This document shows positions 57,423 to 64,000 of a stretch of 64,000 nt of DNA, piece by piece. The translations under genes were made by a program, and so were the position numbers. Position 1 is the stretch's first letter, and each line of letters starts with the position of its first letter. The notes beneath the pieces are model-generated. The model worked only from the letters and a program-made list of their open reading frames with translations. It had not been told where the DNA came from and did no database searches. The DNA comes from Patescibacteria group bacterium (lineage in GTDB: Bacteria; Patescibacteriota; Minisyncoccia; Phycocordibacterales; PALSA-1337), in assembly GCA_018970245.1 (NCBI GenBank), contig JAGWWT010000003.1, positions 3,519 to 67,518 of the forward strand, written 5' to 3'.

Positions 57423-58697
57423 ATGTTCGATCTAAAAGTCATCAATTCAGTAGTTGAGCAGCTCGAGGAAGAGCGCGGCATCCCGCGCGAGAAGACCCTC
57501 GAGGCCATCGCCATGGCTCTCGCGACCGCCTACAAGAAAGAGTACGGAAAGAAGGGCCAGATCGTCAGAGCGTCTTTCGACCAGAACTCCGGACAAGTCG
57601 AGTTTTGGCAGGTCAAGATCGTGGTCGACCGCGACCAGGTGATCATGGAGGGCGATGAGGAGATGGACCACACAGAGCTAAAGGACGCCAACGTCGAAGA
57701 CATAAAGATCCGCTTCAATCCCGAGCAGCACATGCTCATAGACGATGCCAAGAAGATAAAGCGCGACGCCCAGATCGGCGACGAGCTCGTCTTCCCGCTG
57801 GAGACCAAGGCTGATTTCGGCCGAATCGCCGCTCAGACAGCCAAGCAGATCATCATCCAGAAGATCCGCGAGGCCGAGAAGGTCTCGGTCATGGGCGAAT
57901 ATGGCGAAAAGGAGGGAGAGGTCGTAGCCGGCACCGTCGAGCGCGTCGAGCGCGGAACGGTCTACATAGACATGGGCCGGGCAGTGGGCATCATCCCTTA
58001 CGAAGAGCAGATCCCGAGCGAGCGCTGGAAGACCGGCGACCGCATCCGCGCCTATCTCTACGCCGTCGAAGAGACGCCGAAAGGCATCGTCCTCAAACTC
58101 TCCCGCGCTCATCCCAAATTCCTGGCCAAGCTCTTCGAGACCGAAGCGCCGGAGATCGCCGCAGGCACCGTCGAGATCAAAGCTATCGCCCGCGAGGCAG
58201 GCAGCCGCTCTAAGGTCGCCGTCGTATCTCATGATTCGCATATAGATCCTATCGGCTCCATGGTCGGCCAGCGCGGCGTCCGCGTCTCGACGGTCACGAG
58301 CGAGCTCTCCGGCGAAAAGATCGACATCGTCGAATGGAACGAAGACCCTGCTCTATTCATAGAAGAGGCCCTGTCCCCCGCTGAAGTCGTATCTCTCGAG
58401 CTCGATGAGAACGAGCATCGCGCGATCGTCACCGTCACTGAAGACGAGCAGTCGCTCGCCATCGGCAAGGGAGGCCAGAATGTGCGCCTCGCCGCCAAGC
58501 TCACCGGTTGGAAGATAGACATAAAATCCGCCGGCGATGAAGGCGAGGTGCTCGATGAAGGGGAGCCTGGAGAAGAGACGGCAGACGAAGCGGCCACGGA
58601 AGTCGTAGCCGAGATCGTAGCTGAAAAAGCTGAGAAAGCCGCGCAGGACAAAGGGCAGGCTGACGTTACGCCTCCCGCAGAAGGATCCAAGGAATAG
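57423..58697 (+). CDS. nusA: transcription termination/antitermination factor NusA (acidic C-terminal tail)
   Basis: NusA-N, S1 and two KH domains (GxxG: IGKGGQNVRLA). Confidence 0.92.
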   Translation: MFDLKVINSVVEQLEEERGIPREKTLEAIAMALATAYKKEYGKKGQIVRASFDQNSGQVEFWQVKIVVDRDQVIMEGDEEMDHTELKDANVEDIKIRFNPEQHMLIDDAKKIKRDAQIGDELVFPLETKADFGRIAAQTAKQIIIQKIREAEKVSVMGEYGEKEGEVVAGTVERVERGTVYIDMGRAVGIIPYEEQIPSERWKTGDRIRAYLYAVEETPKGIVLKLSRAHPKFLAKLFETEAPEIAAGTVEIKAIAREAGSRSKVAVVSHDSHIDPIGSMVGQRGVRVSTVTSELSGEKIDIVEWNEDPALFIEEALSPAEVVSLELDENEHRAIVTVTEDEQSLAIGKGGQNVRLAAKLTGWKIDIKSAGDEGEVLDEGEPGEETADEAATEVVAEIVAEKAEKAAQDKGQADVTPPAEGSKE

Positions 58698-58702
58698 GTC
58701 AC

Positions 58703-60673
58703 ATGGCCAGACAACCCCATTCGCACCGAAGGAAGCCTTTTATCGGCGTCATCATGACGACTGGCAAAGGACTTGGATTCATCAATGATGAAGCCCGGCC
58801 TTTTCCCGAAGACATCCTCATCGAGGCGGGCGGCCTCGAGACGGCTTTGAACGGAGATACAGTCGAGTTCACAGTCCTTCCAAGGCGGCCGGGAATGATC
58901 CGCCAGACCGGCAAGGTAATCCGCGTGGTAAAGAGAGCCAAAACAATCTTCGTCGGCACCATCCAGCTCGAAAATCGGACCGCCGGCTTCTCGCCGGACG
59001 ACAACCGCGCATATACCGATTTCTTCGTGCCCGCGAACAAGCTGGGCGGCGCTAGGCACGGCGACAAGGTCCAGGCCAAGCTGGCCTCTTGGACCGACCC
59101 GAAGCGCCTCCCAACCGCCGAAGTCATCCGCGTCCTAGGCGCCAAGGGCGAGCACAACGTGGAGATGGAATCCATCGTGCTCGACAAAGGCTTCGATACC
59201 CGATTCCCGGCTCCAGTCCTCGATGAAGCGGCCGAGATCGAGCGGCGCAAGGCCGAGATCATGGCTCACGAGATCGCCACGATAGGCAAAGCTAATGGCC
59301 GCCGCGATCTCCGCGATGCGCTGACCTTCACGATCGATCCCGTCGACGCCAAAGACTTCGATGACGCTATCTCCTTCCGGGCTTTGCCAGGATCGCTCTA
59401 TGAGATCGGCGTCCACATCGCAGATGTTTCAGAGTATGTCCGAGAAGGATCGGCCCTCGACAAGGAGGCGCTCCATCGCGGCTCTTCCGTCTACCTCGTA
59501 GACCGCACCATACCCATGCTGCCTGAAGTGCTTTCGAACGACGTCTGCAGCCTGAATCCCGGCTCTGACAAGCTGGCATTCTCGGCTATCTTCACCATGG
59601 ACGCCCATGGCAAGATCCATGGCCGCTGGTTCGGCAAGACCATCATCAATTCGAACAAGCGGTTCACGTATGAAGAGGGTCAGGAGGTTCTGGATGGCAA
59701 GAAAGAGACCTACCGCGAAGAGCTCACAGCCCTGAACAAGCTGGCCAAGATCCTTCAAAAAGAGAAATTCGCCGCTGGCGCCATAGAGTTCGAGCAGGAC
59801 GAGATAAAATTCAAGCTCGACGCCGACAACAAGCCTATCGGCGTCTATCGAAAGGTCCGGACCGACATCCACAAGCTCGTGGAAGAATTCATGCTCCTCG
59901 CCAACCGCGAAGTCGCCAAGTTCACCTTCGATTCCATAAAGAAGAACGGCAACGGCCGTCAGACTGGCGCTATCTACCGCATCCACGATGTGCCGGACAA
60001 GGACAAGATCGTCGATCTCGGGATCCTAGTCCGCGCCCTCGGCCATTATTTCCCAGAGACTGGCGACATCAGTTCCAAAGAGCTGAGCGCCATGCTGAAG
60101 AGCATCGAAGGTGCCCCGGAAGCTTCGCTCATCAAGACCGCGGCCATCCGTTCCATGTCCAAAGCCATCTATTCGACCAAGAATATCGGCCATTTCGGTC
60201 TAGCATTCCCGTTCTATACGCATTTCACCTCTCCTATCCGTCGCTATCCGGACCTTCTGGTGCATCGCATATTAGCCAATCACCTGTATGTGAAGAGATT
60301 CGGCGATCGCGATCTAGCCCGATTCGACCAGATCGCCATGCGCTCTACAGAGCGCGAGATCGCCGCCGCCGAAGCCGAGCGCGCTTCGGTCAAATACAAG
60401 CAAGTAGAGTACATGCAAAGCCGCATCGGCGCCGAATTCGAAGGCACCGTGACCGGCGTCACCGAGTGGGGCATCTACATAGAAGAGAAAGGGACTAAGT
60501 GCGAAGGCATGGTCCCTCTACGGAGCCTCGACGATTTCTACGAGCTCGACAAGAAGAACTATTGTTTGGTCGGCCAGAAGACCAAAAAACGCTACCGCCT
60601 GGGCGACAGCGTCCGTTTCAATGTCATTTCCGCCGACTTGGAACGCAAGACGCTCGATTACGCCTTGGTGTAA
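58703..60673 (+). CDS. rnr: ribonuclease R / RNase II family exoribonuclease
   Basis: Cold-shock/OB N-terminus, RNB domain (RRDLRDALTFTIDPVDAKDFDDAISF), C-terminal S1. Confidence 0.88.
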   Translation: MARQPHSHRRKPFIGVIMTTGKGLGFINDEARPFPEDILIEAGGLETALNGDTVEFTVLPRRPGMIRQTGKVIRVVKRAKTIFVGTIQLENRTAGFSPDDNRAYTDFFVPANKLGGARHGDKVQAKLASWTDPKRLPTAEVIRVLGAKGEHNVEMESIVLDKGFDTRFPAPVLDEAAEIERRKAEIMAHEIATIGKANGRRDLRDALTFTIDPVDAKDFDDAISFRALPGSLYEIGVHIADVSEYVREGSALDKEALHRGSSVYLVDRTIPMLPEVLSNDVCSLNPGSDKLAFSAIFTMDAHGKIHGRWFGKTIINSNKRFTYEEGQEVLDGKKETYREELTALNKLAKILQKEKFAAGAIEFEQDEIKFKLDADNKPIGVYRKVRTDIHKLVEEFMLLANREVAKFTFDSIKKNGNGRQTGAIYRIHDVPDKDKIVDLGILVRALGHYFPETGDISSKELSAMLKSIEGAPEASLIKTAAIRSMSKAIYSTKNIGHFGLAFPFYTHFTSPIRRYPDLLVHRILANHLYVKRFGDRDLARFDQIAMRSTEREIAAAEAERASVKYKQVEYMQSRIGAEFEGTVTGVTEWGIYIEEKGTKCEGMVPLRSLDDFYELDKKNYCLVGQKTKKRYRLGDSVRFNVISADLERKTLDYALV

Positions 60674-60743
60674 TAAAACTGAATCGATCCTCTGTCAAGC
60701 CTATCATTTGAGCCGTTTTCTGCTAGAATCGGCTTCATTACGC

Positions 60744-60773
60744 GACTTTATTAGATTTTAAGACTTTGACTTT

Positions 60774-60776
<3 letters not shown>
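60744..60776 (+). repeat. GACTTT heptad leader element, copy 4, running into the hppA start codon
   Basis: gactttattagattttaagactttgacttt-ATGACC. Confidence 0.55.
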
Positions 60777-62762
<1,986 letters not shown>

Positions 62763-62791
62763 CCTAGATCATCGATCTTGGTTATATAAAC

Positions 62792-62825
62792 AAAAAGGCC
62801 GTTCACAGAGCGGCTTTTTTGTTTT
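62792..62825 (+). terminator. rho-independent terminator after hppA
   Basis: AAAAAGGCCG-UUCACAGAG-CGGCUUUUUUGUUUU. Confidence 0.75.
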
Positions 62826-62889
62826 GGAGTTTTTATATATAATGCTTATGCCCATGATATACATGGACATTATTGACTAATCCTAAAAT

Positions 62890-63864
62890 ATGAAGAAAAG
62901 CTATCTTATATTAGGCATCGCCGCGCTGGCATTAGCTGCCATCCCAGCGATATCTAGCGCCCAAGAAGACCAGGGCGGAGAAACCGGATCATCTGCAGCC
63001 GTCTCTGAGAATGCCCCTCAGAACATCCGCCAGCAGATCCGTCAGGATTACCAGCAGCACATGGAGAACGCCCGCAACAACCAGACCAGCAGGAACGCCA
63101 TGCTCGAGGATCGCCGCTTCGCTTCAACCAGCACTTCGACCATGCTGCGCGGACGCGAAAACGGGATCATGAGGAGCGAAACAGAGGGCAACGGCTCATC
63201 GACCGAGAATGGCGCCCCCGGACGCGGCGAGCAGAACCGCATAAGGAAGGACGTCTTCGAGCACCGGCTCGGGAATCTGATCGACCAATTGAACCGGGCC
63301 TTGAACAATCTCGAACAGATCAGGAACCGCATCGCCGATCGGATCCAAACGGCGGCACAGAGCGGCCGTAACATGACCAACGCCAAGAGCCTGCTCGTCG
63401 TAGCCGATGCCAAGCTCGCAGCCGCAAAGGCGGCCGTAGCCAGCCTGTCATCTCTTTCGTCGACCCCAGTGATCTCAGCCAGCTCGACAGCCACGTCGAC
63501 CGCCTCTACAACCGGTCCGATGGTCGACCTCAGCCGCCCGCGCCAGGCCGGCGCAGCCGCCATCCAAGCCGTTAAGGATGCTCAGAGGGCTTTGGTCGCG
63601 GTCGTCATATCCATAGCGCATTCAATGGGCCTTAAGATCGGGCAAGATGGCGCCATAGAGGCTTCGCCTACGCCTTCCCCGTCCGTATCAGCGTCTCCGA
63701 GCCCGTCATCTTCGCCTTCGCCTACAGCGACGGCTTCGCCCAGCCCGTCTCCTAGCTCGTCCCCTAGCCCATCTGCCAGCCCGTCGCCGACCGATTCAGC
63801 AAGCCCATCTCCAACGGCCAGCCCGTCGCCGACCGATTCTGCCACCCCCACATCCACTCCTTAA
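62890..63864 (+). CDS. secreted protein with coiled-coil middle and Ser/Pro/Thr/Ala-rich low-complexity C-terminus
   Basis: Signal peptide MKKSYLILGIAALALAAIPAISSA; C-terminal (SPSP/ASPSP)n encoded by repetitive DNA. Confidence 0.6.
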   Translation: MKKSYLILGIAALALAAIPAISSAQEDQGGETGSSAAVSENAPQNIRQQIRQDYQQHMENARNNQTSRNAMLEDRRFASTSTSTMLRGRENGIMRSETEGNGSSTENGAPGRGEQNRIRKDVFEHRLGNLIDQLNRALNNLEQIRNRIADRIQTAAQSGRNMTNAKSLLVVADAKLAAAKAAVASLSSLSSTPVISASSTATSTASTTGPMVDLSRPRQAGAAAIQAVKDAQRALVAVVISIAHSMGLKIGQDGAIEASPTPSPSVSASPSPSSSPSPTATASPSPSPSSSPSPSASPSPTDSASPSPTASPSPTDSATPTSTP

Positions 63865-63888
63865 CCATTATCAATAAACAAAAAATCA

Positions 63889-64000
63889 ATGGAGCCAAAC
63901 CAGCAGTCACCTATTAATAGCAGCGCGCCGTCGAATATGCCGGGACAGGCCGGAGCGCCGATGGGCCACGACCACAACGGCCAGAAGAAAGTCGGCCCGA
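63889..64000 (+). CDS. hypothetical protein, 5' part only (continues beyond window)
   Basis: ATG at 63889, MEPNQQSPINSSAPSNMPGQAGAPMGHDHNGQKKVGP... Confidence 0.3.
   Translation, partial: MEPNQQSPINSSAPSNMPGQAGAPMGHDHNGQKKVGP

Overview
This is a 64-kb high-GC (about 58-60% by eye) bacterial window dominated by the conserved str-S10-spc ribosomal-protein superoperon on the minus strand (rpsL-rpsG-fusA-tuf-rpsJ-rplC-rplD-rplW-rplB-rpsS-rplV-rpsC-rplP-rpmC-rpsQ-rplN-rplX-rplE-rpsZ-rpsH-rplF-rplR-rpsE-rplO-secY-adk-map). Unusually, the superoperon is broken in five places by foreign or accessory DNA. (1) About 2.1 kb between rpsG and fusA carries an AT-rich ORF6N-domain gene and three small plus-strand ORFs. 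(2) About 6.7 kb between fusA and tuf carries three paralogous secreted proteins with peptidoglycan-binding domains. (3) An 11-kb accessory island between rplC and rplD carries scattered MacAB-like efflux parts, MFS transporters, a Fur-like regulator, YbaK, HAD, DapB-like and SIMPL proteins, an alpha/beta hydrolase, a RelE/DinJ toxin-antitoxin pair and a GH130 pseudogene remnant. (4) An antisense orphan histidine kinase lies between rpsS and rplB. (5) An antisense L,D-transpeptidase/D,D-carboxypeptidase fusion gene with a consensus sigma70-like promoter lies between rplE and rpsZ. The right half encodes a site-2 protease, L28, a ComEC split into two genes with Fe/Mn-SOD wedged between, rnhA-recJ, HIT, SPFH, pgk-tpiA, a type IV pilus cluster (pilB, pilC, three pilins and a large pilus protein), a secreted lipase, nusA, RNase R and a membrane H+-pyrophosphatase. 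No rRNA, tRNA or CRISPR array was found. The most striking non-genic signals are two families of short-unit repeats sitting immediately 5' of start codons, one forming long imperfect palindromes and one of direct GACTTT(AT) heptads. These leaders almost completely lack Shine-Dalgarno sequences. L30 is absent, S14 is type Z, and the gene content (T4P, ComEC, giant PG-binding surface proteins) makes a Patescibacteria/CPR-like origin plausible by inference only. The leading ATG in the ORF track can mask GTG/TTG starts, as seen for rplC, so several starts were re-placed at internal ATG or GTG codons.
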